DNA of 64,000 nucleotides from assembly GCA_040954595.2 (NCBI GenBank), contig CM082582.2:12607777-12671776 (forward strand), in the 5' to 3' direction. Positions 1 through 12,291 of the stretch are shown in pieces. The first letter of the stretch is position 1, and each line of letters opens with the position of its first letter. A program made the position numbers and the translations under genes. A model generated the notes under the pieces. That model was not told where the DNA came from. It saw nothing but the letters and a program-made list of their open reading frames with translations, and ran no database searches. This DNA comes from Balanoglossus misakiensis. Lineage: Eukaryota > Animalia > Hemichordata.

Positions 1-164
1 ATTTTCTGCACTTGATATGTCCTGCGTGAGACTTGTCATGTTGTCCTTGTGAATGACCTGGATGTGAAGTCAGGTCATGATCTCTCACAGATAAAAATAC
101 TTGATCTAAAATGGTAAGACTGAAGAAGTCACTTTGAGACAAAGCTTCAGTTCTGTTTATGTAT

Positions 165-1400
165 TCACAATGTGGATGTTTTCCCAGTTTTTCTGTTGTC
201 ACTATGCAAATCCGGGTAAACTTTGTTGTATAGAACCCTGTATGTTGTGTACCAGGTTACTAGAGAGATTGTCAATGCGACGACTTTGTGTGAGGTGGTG
301 TGGAAATAAACTTGAGTGCAGACAAGCATGAACTCCCACAAGAGACACAGCAAGGTCATTATCAAGAACATGACATTGATAAACATATGGAGGTATGGTT
401 TCTTCTTCAACTGTGTCTTGGACTTGGACCGTGATGCTAACTTCACGTAGTAGCACAACTCCTCGGAGATGAGCAAGGCACAGTGTGTGAGGAGGAATGT
501 ATGCCCGGAGATGTCATACCCATCCCAGTCATGACCATTTCTGACACACGATCTTTTGTTCGTGAACTCGCCTCCCCCAGAACACCCGCCTGTCATGTCT
601 TCAATCCAGAAGAACAATTCTACCCAACAGTACCACTCCACGGTGCCAACCACCAGACGCATCAAGTCTTTCGCCATTTTCCACACGTCCCCATTTCGCA
701 CTATGTAACTGGCCGGCAGAAGAAACACCATAGCAACCCCGCAGGTCCATCCCCACGACAATTTCACGAAATATTGATTGAAAACGTTGTTTTTGTCGGA
801 GAAATAAGTCTTAGGAGGGGTGGTGAGGTCACAAATGGAACTGCCAATGACGACTATCGCAATGTATAGAACTGCTTTCTTCGAAGGTTCCAGGAATAAA
901 TATCTGTAAAGAAAGCTTCCCCGTTGTTTCTTAGGAGATGACCTCGGAGAGGACAATCCAGAGGGCGACTCGTGACCTTTGACCCTGCTCTGTTGATCGC
1001 CGACTGAAGCCAAGTGATCCGCAGGCGAACGTAGTTCTTCGCCACTATCTGCGCGTACAGATCCAATCGTCATTTTACCACTTTTTAAGTTCCTCTCCTT
1101 ACTAGAAGAACTCTGTGACGAAGTTTGGCGTTTACTATCTCTTCTTCTCGACTTGCCGACGTGGCTTTCGTTACCAATGGCAATGCCAGCGTCGCTCTGT
1201 TTGGTCGACATATCTTTCCTGGAAGCGCTACCTTTGTTCGCTGACTCTTTCTTTAGATCCGTCTGTCTCTTCCACTTCTTTTCAGTGCGATTAGGACTTC
1301 TACTGACGCTTCGACGGCCTGGACTTTTGGATTTACGGTGACGTGTCAAGGATTGCTTGTCCGAGCTTTGGCGACTTTGCGATCGTGTGGTGGGCGCCAT
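165..1400 (-). CDS. FITM2: Fat storage-inducing transmembrane protein (FIT2/Scs3 family acyl-CoA diphosphatase), single coding exon, 411 aa, with a long basic Ser/Arg-rich N-terminal extension
   Basis: The ORF carries FIT-family motifs: YFSDKNNVFNQYFVKLSWGWT, C-x9-C..GHDWDGYDISGHTFLLTHCALLISEE (FLL..C.L.I.EE signature with the catalytic His) and TQVYFHTTSHKV, plus several TM segments. Confidence 0.93.
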   Translation of the reverse strand: MAPTTRSQSRQSSDKQSLTRHRKSKSPGRRSVSRSPNRTEKKWKRQTDLKKESANKGSASRKDMSTKQSDAGIAIGNESHVGKSRRRDSKRQTSSQSSSSKERNLKSGKMTIGSVRADSGEELRSPADHLASVGDQQSRVKGHESPSGLSSPRSSPKKQRGSFLYRYLFLEPSKKAVLYIAIVVIGSSICDLTTPPKTYFSDKNNVFNQYFVKLSWGWTCGVAMVFLLPASYIVRNGDVWKMAKDLMRLVVGTVEWYCWVELFFWIEDMTGGCSGGGEFTNKRSCVRNGHDWDGYDISGHTFLLTHCALLISEELCYYVKLASRSKSKTQLKKKPYLHMFINVMFLIMTLLCLLWEFMLVCTQVYFHTTSHKVVALTISLVTWYTTYRVLYNKVYPDLHSDNRKTGKTSTL

Positions 1401-1542
1401 ATTGCTTTTTCAAAGCATGCTGGGAACGGAGTTCAAAGGTTATAAACAACACCGAAACGGTTTGTGGAGGGACTGTGGTGTACTGAAAAGTAGGAAAGAA
1501 TTGTATCGCTGGCATAAAGTCTCGAGACAAGTTTGGGTGCAC

Positions 1543-1610
1543 TTTATATAGAGTGGTTAGTCGTGATCTGTAATAACAGCCGCAAAAGTGTTGCGTTAGT
1601 GATGACGTGG
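1543..1610 (-). promoter_or_regulatory. Candidate FITM core promoter: TATA box plus UPRE-like bZIP site
   Basis: tttatata at 1543-1550 reads TATATAAA on the minus strand, about 145 bp upstream of the ATG. GATGACGTGG at 1601-1610 matches the XBP1/ATF6/CREB3-type UPRE consensus TGACGTGG. Confidence 0.45.
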
Positions 1611-2162
1611 GTATGGCAATGATTCATCATCACTATGTATGGCGGTCACCATGTACAGTCATCGTACACGCACACAAAAGTTGACTTCATTATATGCATG
1701 ATATGCGTACATTTTACACGTGTAAGGTAATTGAACACCTTCCCGGGGCCGGGATGACCAGCCTTTGGCTTCAAAGTGACCGTGACCTGTTGCGGTAGAT
1801 AGCGCCTTCTTTAGTTCATTAATAAAAGGGAAAGGGTTAGAGAACACTGACCTAAAAGAATAACAACCGTATGGGAATGGTAAAACCAACAGAAGATGCA
1901 TTTGATCTCGAACTTTAAAATAACCATAACTTTATTCGTGCAATCCGATAATATATTAAATATAAGTTTCAAACATACAATCATTATTGTTCCCCCAAAC
2001 TCTGGAAAAAACTGCAGGCAAATGATTTGAACGTGGCAGTCTATGAGTAGCCATTGTACACGTACAACGTTGTAAATATTAATTTAACTCTCCTGTAACT
2101 TATCATCTGAATATGTCATTTGAAATATAAAAACATTTAATTATTTTAATTCCATGTATTAT

Positions 2163-5100
2163 TTAAACATCTGATACGCCTAGTGGTAGGACTTCTGTTT
2201 TGTTGTCGTCATCTAATTTTATAATTTCAATGTCCTTGACTTTAACGCCAAGACTCATTTTGCCGCAGGCTCTGCTTCCCAACCATCGGTGGGCAACGTT
2301 CAACGACTGGCGATTTCTTCTCCTTGCCAAGTCAGTCTGCAAGTCAATGTCCGACGCCCAGCGTCTCGAAATCGCCGCCGAGACGCTGGTGATTTCGGTG
2401 CGCTTCGCGTGACGGAGAGCTCCCGTTGTCTCGTCGACTTCTTCCAAGTGACCTTCCGAGTGGAATCGTGACATCGACGAAGCCGGGATCGTCGTCCACC
2501 ACAGCCGATCATCACCTTCGAGACTGTGCTGTGAGGGCGCCGCCACCGATGATGCCGACTGCCAACCCTCTAGTGTCCTCCTCTCCGTACTATCACTGAC
2601 CCTGTCGACAGTTAAATTTGTTCTCACAACTACATCCTGGGCAACGCTAGTTTCCCGTTTCCTTCTCAGTAGTCTGTCGATACTTAAACTGCTTCCCCTG
2701 TCCACAGTTTTCTGTACTTTTCTCAGTCCCTTCTCGCTGCTGAAACTGGCCCCTCTGAGGGAGGCCCTACTCGACAGTGGCCTGTCGTTACTGAAGCTTG
2801 CCCGTCTTTGCGGCCCACCCAACCTTGGCGGAGCACGAACGCGCGGTATGACAATCGGGCTGCCTGTCGCCAGTCTACCGTGTCGTTGACTTCTATCGCT
2901 GCCAAGCGAAGCATGTTCCGATCTGGGGTGCCTTGCCATTCGACGCGCTCCTTGCGGAGTCAGGCTTCTCGGCCGCCGCATCTCCCGTTCACCTGTGCCC
3001 GGCTTCAGTCCGTAAATAGCCGCGTTGTGTTCGACGTCACCTCGTCTTGTTCTCGCAGTGGTTATGAGGTCTCCAGCGCGGCTGTGAGTGGAGGGAACTC
3101 TGGCAACTATCGGAGCCGTACTCAAAAGCGTGCCCCCATCGGCGACGAGACCTTGTGACGCGGCGCTAGTAGCCGAGGCATCATCAGTCCGAACAAGAGT
3201 CGCAGAAGATCTGTTGCTGTCCGCATCCAAGATCTCTGCCCCATTACTCTGAGTTTTGGTGTAACTCCTGTTGTAGTACAAATCGTAAGGTGCAATGGCT
3301 TGTGGGTATCTATAGTCGTCGTACTCGTAATCGCTTTTCAGCAAGTATCTCTTCTTGCGCACGATTTTCTTTTTCACTTTCTTCCTCTCTCGGCAGCAGC
3401 AAAAGTAGATGATCACCGAAATGATAAACAGTAGTATAAGCAGTAACAGAATGAGTAATCCTATCAGAACGCCCTGGCTTAGTCCAGTCAAATTGGACAA
3501 AATGTCCAGGATGTTTCCTCCTATGAATACAAGAATATAAGAACAAGCATCGTTATTAACTTGGATGCCAGTACAAAAGGCGAGTTTGTCGGCCATTTTG
3601 AAAATAATGTTGAAACGCAGGCAAATTTTATGAGAACCTCAAAAGCTGCATACCTGTTTGACAGCTGGGTAGAGTTTCATCGCTATTATCGATGCAATTT
3701 TTGAAACTGTCACAGGTGTATTTCAACGGGAAGCACATCTGATGATCGCTATGGCAACAGAAAGGCGTCTTCCAGTCATCGGGTAGAACCTCTTCCAACG
3801 TGTCTGTCGAAAAAGTGAGAAAAAACACAGTGAAATGGTGAACACCGTGACAGGAATAATTCCGCCCGGTACATGTGATAAACGCGTGGTTTTTGGTATT
3901 TGTTTAGCTGTCATGGTTACCGGGTGTGTCCTGGGCAGTTTCACTCGTTTAAAAATCACGTTGTGGTATTTTTTGGGAAACCGTTAAAGGCGTTGGTCCA
4001 CTTTGGTTTTTTTTCCGACACTCCCCGGATTTGATGGAATGTTGTTAAGCCCTTACTTGCATTGAAGTCACACCCGTTATCAAAAAAGTGAATGCGTTGG
4101 CGTGAAAAGGGTTTGGCCAACAATATCTTTGTATCTATGAGTTGCGGCGACCCATGTGGTATCTGATTCACCTGTGTCTCAAGACACTTGCTTTTGCTGA
4201 ATGCATTTTACGCTATTATAGCGACTCGTGAGACTTGTTTAGCTATGTTGTAGACCACCTGTTGGCGGAAACATTTACGAATGCACACAAGGTTTTCCTT
4301 GTGCACACCTCGTGTGTTCAGGTTACTAGTATGAAACTAGCAGGTTTCTTGGTGAGAGCGCATATGGCATTATTTAGAATCGGCACAGAAAGCTAGACGA
4401 AAAGGCACGTTTCTCAGACTAACGCAATAGCAATTGTCTTCCTTACCCGATTTCTCTGTCTCTGGCAAGAACGCATTGAAGTAGGCGACAATGCCAGTGC
4501 TGTCCAGAAATTCCTGCGTGTCGTTGTGGTTGGTCACAAACTGCACCGTCAAGGAACTCCCGGTCGAGTTGACAGACTTCGGATAGCTGTCGCCACACAC
4601 CCCGAGACTTGGGGTGACCATATCAGCCTGGATGTTGTCACCGTCGTAGATCATAACTCTGTCGGTGTCGCAGTCTGGGGAGTAGGGAACGTCGAATGTC
4701 AAGAAGTTCAGTAGAATTCTCTGTCCATCATAAGGCGCCGTCACCGTTACTTTGCAATTGAGGTTGACCATCAGGTCGATGCCGAATTCAACGTGTCGTG
4801 TGTAGATGATTCCCGCTTCTGCCACGACAGTCTGCCAGCATATACCGGTGAACATGTTGACTGCAAAATTGAATGAAAATGCAATAGTTCACTATTATAA
4901 ACATCTTATAACCAAGTGTATAATAAAATCCTTATTATCGTAAAGTAGTTTTAAATTGAATGTACAGTTGCAATGTTACAGCCGATTGGCCAAAACTTTG
5001 TTAACAAGATACCTATTTAAGTATTTTGCAGTACTCTCTCCCCCGACTCTCCCTTCCTCCCTCCCTCCCCCTCTCTCCCTCTCATGTTTGTATTCAACAC

Positions 5101-6443
5101 ACTGCCTCTCACATGTCGTGAACTAATTCCAAGTTCAACGTGGCAGCATATCTGCGGCAATCACGCATGCGCTAGCTTCTTGATGTCGGGCGTTCTGAAG
5201 AGCACGTCCATTGCAAAATGCGAACGAGATATTGGGTTAATCCCACGGTCTCTCCGCACAGGACAGTGGTTGTTCTAAAACTTGAAAGCTTTTCTCGAAT
5301 TGGGTTAAGTCCCTCAGAGCAAAATCATGCATTTCACAAGTCGTCGCTTTTAAAGGCGGGGTTAGCATTCCTTGAAGTGGGTTATAAAAGCCACTATTAA
5401 CATTTAACCTCTTTTGAACAGAACTCCACTTCTCTCACGCTTAAGACCCTTGGTGTACGGCCCAAATAATCATGAACACGCAGCAAGCGACTTTGACTGA
5501 CAAGGAATGCAATACTAATAGATGAAGCATACATTTCTGTTTACCATTTACTGTTCAGCTGCATTGTACACGGAAATATCCCGTTGGTATATAAGTTTGG
5601 TCACACTTTCTACTTTGCATGCGATTGGTTTAGTTTGTAATTCAGTGTAACCACGGTAGCAATTGGCGGGAGAGTGATCCGGTGTTATAGTATGGTATGG
5701 TATGGTATATGGTATTGTATGGTGTTGTATGGTATGCACAACGGTTATTCGTCCTTTGATGCAGGACCGTGACGTCCTTGGCCGGGTTTTAGGGACTATA
5801 CGCTGGTAGGCGTTGTATTAAACCGAGGATAAATCACTTTTGCCATTTGACATGCTATTTGTGATGTCAAATTCTTTTCTGAATCTTCATGTTTCGTGAT
5901 TAAAAGGTAGACTATCACACCCAGGGCAGACAATTCAATTAATACAGTAGTTTCTCCTGGAGTATTCAGTATTAATTGACCTGGTGTATTGTTTTGAAAA
6001 CGTTATGTAACATATACTGACCCTCGGAGGCAAGGCTTACATGGTCAAACTTTAGATAAGTCCGTCCTTTTGGAACACATAGTAAATTTTCTGAAGTTCA
6101 ACATGAATGAGTACCATTTGTGCGAATTTGCATAAATTCGGCAAGTGTTTTGCATACAGAGGCCAGGGGATACATAGTTAGTCTCAAAAGAGTGAAGTAT
6201 TTGGTAAAGTAAACAGAGTTCAATAATTCCATTCGTATAGTCGAATGTTCGTGTTTCGTCGAAATGACGTCCATTTAGAGAAAAAGTTTTACACCTGGCG
6301 GCGTGGATTTGATAGAGCGTGCGATATGTCGACTTACCTTCACGATAAAGGAGCGGGTCTGCGTTCTGTCCATCGGCCTGACTGGCTAAAATATTTACCA
6401 GTGAAATTATAAGCAAAACGGACAGCATCATCTTTGACACCAT
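2163..6443 (-). CDS. CUB-LDLa-TM type I membrane protein, paralog 1; exons 6443-6338, 4860-4447, 3803-3654, 3520-2163 (about 675 aa)
   Basis: Signal-peptide exon (MVSKMMLSVLLIISLVNILASQADG), CUB exon (GICW..NLNC..LLNFLTFDV..C..DRVMIYDG..CG..STGSSLTVQF), LDLa exon (CDSFKNCIDNSDE..C), then TM, a CCC cluster, basic residues and a long cytoplasmic tail. All three introns are GT-AG phase 1 and the exon total (2028 nt) is in frame. Confidence 0.85.
5688..5735. repeat. Degenerate (TATGG)n microsatellite
   Basis: tagtatggtatggtatggtatatggtattgtatggtgttgtatggtatg seen directly. Confidence 0.7.
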
Positions 6444-9400
6444 TTCAGTGTTGTAATACCAGGCAGTGGAACATGTTCTGTGATTGCATGTATAGGCGCG
6501 AGTGTTCACCGGGACACCAGACTGAATATGCCCTACGTAAACGCCCTAAACATAAACACCAGATTGCACATCAACGTAAGGCACTTGTTGAGTATACGTA
6601 TATGTCGGTGTTTAAGGCACTTTTACATTTCCATATGAATGGAAAGACCAGTATAAAGGTTTAACGCTTGTTTTCTTTGCAACGACAGTACAGGGTGGGG
6701 CTCTCACAAAGGCGGTGACCCTTGAAACTTTCTTTGAGAAGTTAAAAGCGCTCGCATTACCAAACGCTTTGAAAGTGATAAACTAGTCTTCACTCAAAAA
6801 ATTCTGATTATCGTTTTCATTTTGCTTCGGGGGCAAAATAATAAGTCAAGTCTATTTCTGGGGCATTATTCGTTTACCTTATTCCATATGTATCCATTTA
6901 TGCTTAATAGTGCCTTCAAGCACATTCCTTCAAGAAAAGAGGGACTTTGCTTCAAGGCATGGCGCAATTCACGCCATGGTTTCAGACAGTGATATCTTGG
7001 GAGGAGTCAGACAATTCTGAATGTCTGAAAATTATTCGATCAATAAATACGGCTGACATACAACGCCCTCTAACTTGCAATTCGTCATTGATGCTATCAG
7101 ATATGAAAAAAGCGTTATAGGATGTACATGTACAGATGACCTATTAGTCAAGTATCTCTAACGAATCATTTGCCAATGGTTGTCCAAGTCTCTGTATCGG
7201 TGTCACGTGACCATGTCTATATTAAAACGGTCACGGGCGTGGCAAAATATCGATTGTTTGTCATTCAAAGAGATGTCATGATTTCGCAATAAACTTTTGC
7301 TGTAAAATCTTATATTGTGGCTTTTCGCCACACCTGCAAATTTCACCAGATCGCAACAAATCACGCCCTATATTTACAAGAAGTGACGCACGCGAATACT
7401 AGATCAGACTCAACTGCTGAGTTCCATTACTTTTTTCCTCTTTTCAATCACTTATTGTCATCTTTGTTGACGAATTCACTAGTTTTTCTATACAAAACTT
7501 GAAGAGGGCAGCGATTCGAGCCCATTGATCTATCTATCCATTGTCCGTCGTCCGTCTTCAAAGTAATTGCGATTACTTCATTTTAGCCACCAGCCACATT
7601 TCATGGTCCAATGCCGCCTAATATACCTAGAAGACGATATGCTAATTTGACCAAAATGAACAAGAATCTTAGACTTAATTGGACGCAAGGTTTCGATGCA
7701 AACTTGTGAATATGCAGCCTGTCGACTATGCGATAGAATCGCCACAAATTCAAATTCTTCTCAATGCATTCAATCCTATTCTTTATTGTTGACCAAAAGA
7801 TGTTCTTTATGGGGGATAGTCGTGATGTCTGCACAAATGATCTGACAAATAATAGTGACATCTTTTTAGTGTGCACTGGTCATCTCTAAGGAGGTGGGTT
7901 TAATTTAAACGCGTATTCTAGCCACTTCTAAACTAAAACAGCCTCTGGTTTAAAATGATATCTTGACATGGAGTTGCCCCCGGTATTACGCTTTCAATTT
8001 AGATCTGTGACGTCATTCTCCTGATATGAGATGCTTGTAGCAAACGCAAAAGAATGATTGTGTGACCAAGCCACCCAAAGCTAAGAAGAAAAGTGAATGT
8101 GATCACAGACACGCCTATTACACACTCGAACATGTAACTGGATACGACACAGGCATAAAATCGACATTCATACTCAACGCAGTAATGATTGCGTTCAGTT
8201 GAACATTAGAATGAGAATCTCACGCCTAGAAATCCTCAACATCCGACTGCTCTGTTCATGACGTCACCACAACTGACTCGTTGCGAGGTGTGACCGCCAA
8301 ACAAAATCTAGCACTACACATACTACCGTTTACTCGGTACAGGCAACTCGTTGACAAATTGACCACACTTGAATAAAAGCCACTGGACTCTCTGAACACT
8401 TTGCGTCTGTCCAGTGCTACTTAATACGAGAAGGCATTCTTTATCAATTTAATCTGCGTCTGCGCTATTACCAGTCCATCTGTACATAACTGTCCGCCAC
8501 CAAAGTGGCATCTGAGGTACTCAGTTGAAATTCTCTCTTTTCATGTTTAACGTTGCATTAGTGGGAAAGGTGACGTCATCTTGCATGAATGTCATTTTCA
8601 CTGGATAGACAGTATCCCACCTTAAATCTGAACCTAACTGTTTCTTTGTCATTCTTTTAACCAGGTGTGAAAACTTTTCCGACCAATCCGTAAAGCACTA
8701 CACGAAGTAGAAGACCAACTTTTAAAACCTGAACTGTGGGAATACCACGCCGTTTTGAGGTAAGCGAGTAATCGTCTTTTGGTTTTCAAGCGTCGGTGAC
8801 GCCATATTAATTAAGGATTAGGGATTTTAAAGAACAACACCAAATGCTGTCTGCAAGAGGCACAGTTCCTTTGGACCAAGACAGTTTCAAAAAAAGTTGC
8901 TGAGAGCGCGCGTATATTATTTCACGTACACTTTCTGTTTGTTGCCAAGTTACCTGGAGATGTTTGTTTTCCAGGGTGGGTATCTGGATATCACTGTTGA
9001 CACACGAAGCATTACGTCAGACAGTTACGAACTTTTTGAACCGCACGTTTTTATTTTCATTTCAATGGTTGCATAGCTAACTTATTGTTGTGTCCTGAAA
9101 ATGGCTAGACCAAAATAAATAACTGTCTGGCCTATGTGACACAAAAACGCCAACCTTTTGTAGAATGTAGTTCAATTACAGTTTATGTGCAAGAATGATA
9201 TTTGGAAACAAATTTCGACGACTGGATGTCGGAGTTGTTTCATACTAGATATTTTATTACATAATTTCTGAATAGATAAAAGTACATAAAACAAATCTTA
9301 TCACAAAATTAATTATAAAAACATTAAATTGTATTAATTGAAAAAAAATCATAAGAAGGATAACCGTCAAAGTTAAGTTGTCGATGTCGCCAGATGATTG

Positions 9401-9552
9401 TTGAAGATACAGAAATAATATCTCAACTGGAAGACCCTTTATTCGAGAGAATTATGAGACAATCAAACACTTGTCCCCACTGCATGAATACTGAACAGAT
9501 ACACAAGTAGACAAATTTTCACACCTGTCATGTGAAGCACATCTTTGATGAT

Positions 9553-12291
9553 TTATCGCAAAGAACACTGATCACCATCCCTATGTTTGTGAGCCGCTCG
9601 TGGTATGTGAAAGCCGCTTGTCGTTAACGGGTCCCGATTGAGAGGAAGAGAGGGGTTGGTATCCAGGTACTGTGGCAATCTGTTAACGACAACTTTCGAA
9701 CCCGAAACGTAACTCGACTCGTTCAGCAAACCACTCTCACCAGGAAAACCGGTGTAATACGAAGTTCTGTTCGGTTCACCAACCGTCGTGGAGGGGTCCA
9801 GCATACCTTGGTGCGTCGCCATGGCAGCGCTGGCTAGTAATGCTGGTCTGTCCACGCCCCTTCCGAATGTGTCTAGGGATGTGTCGGTGAAGTAGATTGA
9901 GTCCTCGGAACGAAAAGTCTGTGGGGTGAAGTTACCAGTGGTGGCCATGGGGACAGTTGTATGATGAAGATTCCTGGACGGAAGCCCGTTACTTCCGGAT
10001 CTCCCCTCCGATTTCTTCTTCTTCTTCTTCTTTTTCCTCATCCTGCGTTCCCTCATTCCATCTTGATTTACTCGTCTTGTCGTGATTTGTTTGGTGTGAA
10101 GAATCTTCTTGACAACTTTCTTCTTCTTTGTGCCAAGACAACAGCAGCAGATGATGGCCAGTAATATTGTCAGGAGAATGGCGAAAACGATAACAGCTAT
10201 GATTGTTGCCAAGATTTCCACGGAGATGCCTGTCAACAGAGCCAGGTCGTGGATCAATGACTTCCCTGTCGAGAGGACATATTAAAATAACATCAGACAG
10301 AGAGACAGACAGGCAGGCAGGCAGACAGGCAGACAGATAGGGCAGGTAGATTTTCGATTATCAGCACGTGGCTTGCAAACGTTCTTACCTAGTTTACATA
10401 TACGAAGGGTTTCATCGCTAAGATCCGGGCAGTTGTCGACTCCATCACATCGATACCGGCTGTTGATGCAGATAGAGTTATCGACGCAGCAGAACAGAAC
10501 ATCCCCATCATCGTCTGTTATCAGCTCTCCTCCCTGATCTGTGTTGTACAGGACAGAAACGTTCGTATGCCAATATGTTGCACCGTTCAAAATTCACAAA
10601 GGAAAATGTTCAAAATAATTCACGATCAGTTGCCTGATCAAAACAAAACAAGACAGAAATCTTACCTATCGTGGTGTTGTCCTCGTTTCTACCTAGAGGC
10701 TTATATGAAGTCCAGTAAGCGATAAATCCACGCACGATGTCATCGGTCGAAGAAAAGGACGGCGGTTCTTCGTCAGAGAACGACTCGTACTGCACAGTAA
10801 TTGAACTTCCGCTCGAGGAAAATTGACCGGGGTCGTCGTCGCCACATAGACCCTCCTCGGGGGTCAACAACGGGCTATTAATGCTATCACCGTCGTACAC
10901 ATGCACCGTCTCGATAAGGCAACCCGTGCTATTGAGGAGGCCGAATGTGTGAAAGTTCAGTTGGATTTGGCGTTGGGCGCTGTGCGATTTAATGGTGGTC
11001 TTACAGTTCCAGTTGACGGTGCTTCCGATGTTTCGGTGGTCGCGTGTTATCAGTTTGCCCGCCTCGGACACCACGTCATTCCAACACAGACCCTCGAAAA
11101 GATTGGCTGTTAATCCAAAAGTAAAATAGTTCATTTTAGGAGTTTCAGCGGCCTCCTATAGTTTACAATTATAGATATTCGTGTAGCACCACTGCAGCAA
11201 ATTTGATGACACTCGCCACAGATAATGATTTCATGAAGATAAGACAGTAGCAAAAGAATTTTCAGCATTTCAATCTCCCTTTGCATTAATTAACGAAGAT
11301 CTTTGCGGTCGTTTTGAATGCAATTTGCCAAATTAATTTTGACATGATTTTGTCCCATTACCCAATGTTCTTGCTTTCTTCTGAAAGCATTTAATATTTG
11401 TGTTCGTGTCTGGGAACTGTGTCGTTCTGCGTGCGACGTGTTTCCTCCAAAACGGTTAATGACGGCCTCGCGATCGCCCACCCGGCCGTGGCGCCAGAAT
11501 GCAGTGTGTTTTCCTGACGACAAAGATTTAAACGTCGTGAATGTCAGTCTAATTAAGTTCACTTCGATTTCAAGGACACCTTATTGTCAGTTTGGTCCCT
11601 TTTACATATGAAGCGTCTTCCGGAAAGGATGAAGATAAAAAAAAATTGCTCACACAAAACGACTGGACACATTACCCAACGGATTCACAGAAATGTCTCA
11701 GCGCGGCTACTTGGATGGAAGACAGACACGTAGCGCGTATAACCTCGTCTAAAGGTACACCACCTGTGTGCTCTGTCTTGAAAACACCGCAAGGGAATAA
11801 AAATGGTCCAACAAAAGAAACTAGGCTATTCTGTGCATTCGCCTTTTTAATCGCCAATAATATGTAGGCCTGTTTCAACACTCACACATACACGCTATAG
11901 AAATTGGAATTTGATTTAACAATCACATAACTTCTACTCTTACGAAAGAACATGGCAACGCGACATGCATTTTTGTTGCCATCACTGTTACGCTGTTCCC
12001 ATGTATACTCAATGTAATGTCGGTTACCTTGAACCCGACATTGCTGCCCTGCAGTGTGAATGGGACCTCTTATTACCACCCTTATACACGCACTAATTCA
12101 CCTACAGCTCAAACCCAAGCCTTTGACTCCTGTTTGTGGCGGGTGTGGCTACACTTTTCTTTACAAAAAGCAAACCAAGACATTTTTTCATAGTTACCTT
12201 CTTTGTAAAGTAGCCCATCGGTGGTCTCACACAACGAAGAATGAAAACAGCAGAAGAAACACGTGATGGTTATTATCAGTGTCGTCCCCAT
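9553..12291 (-). CDS. CUB-LDLa-TM type I membrane protein, paralog 2; exons 12291-12198, 11106-10666, 10538-10389, 10265-9553 (about 465 aa)
   Basis: The signal exon MGTTLIITITCFFCCFHSSLC..LLYKEG matches paralog 1 LLYREG at the same donor. CUB exon (GLCW..NWNC..QLNFHTF..VHVYDG..CG), LDLa exon (FCCVDNSICINSRYRCDGVDNCPDLSDE..C), TM with CCCC and a polybasic run. Phase-1 GT-AG introns, 1398 nt in total. Confidence 0.85.
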
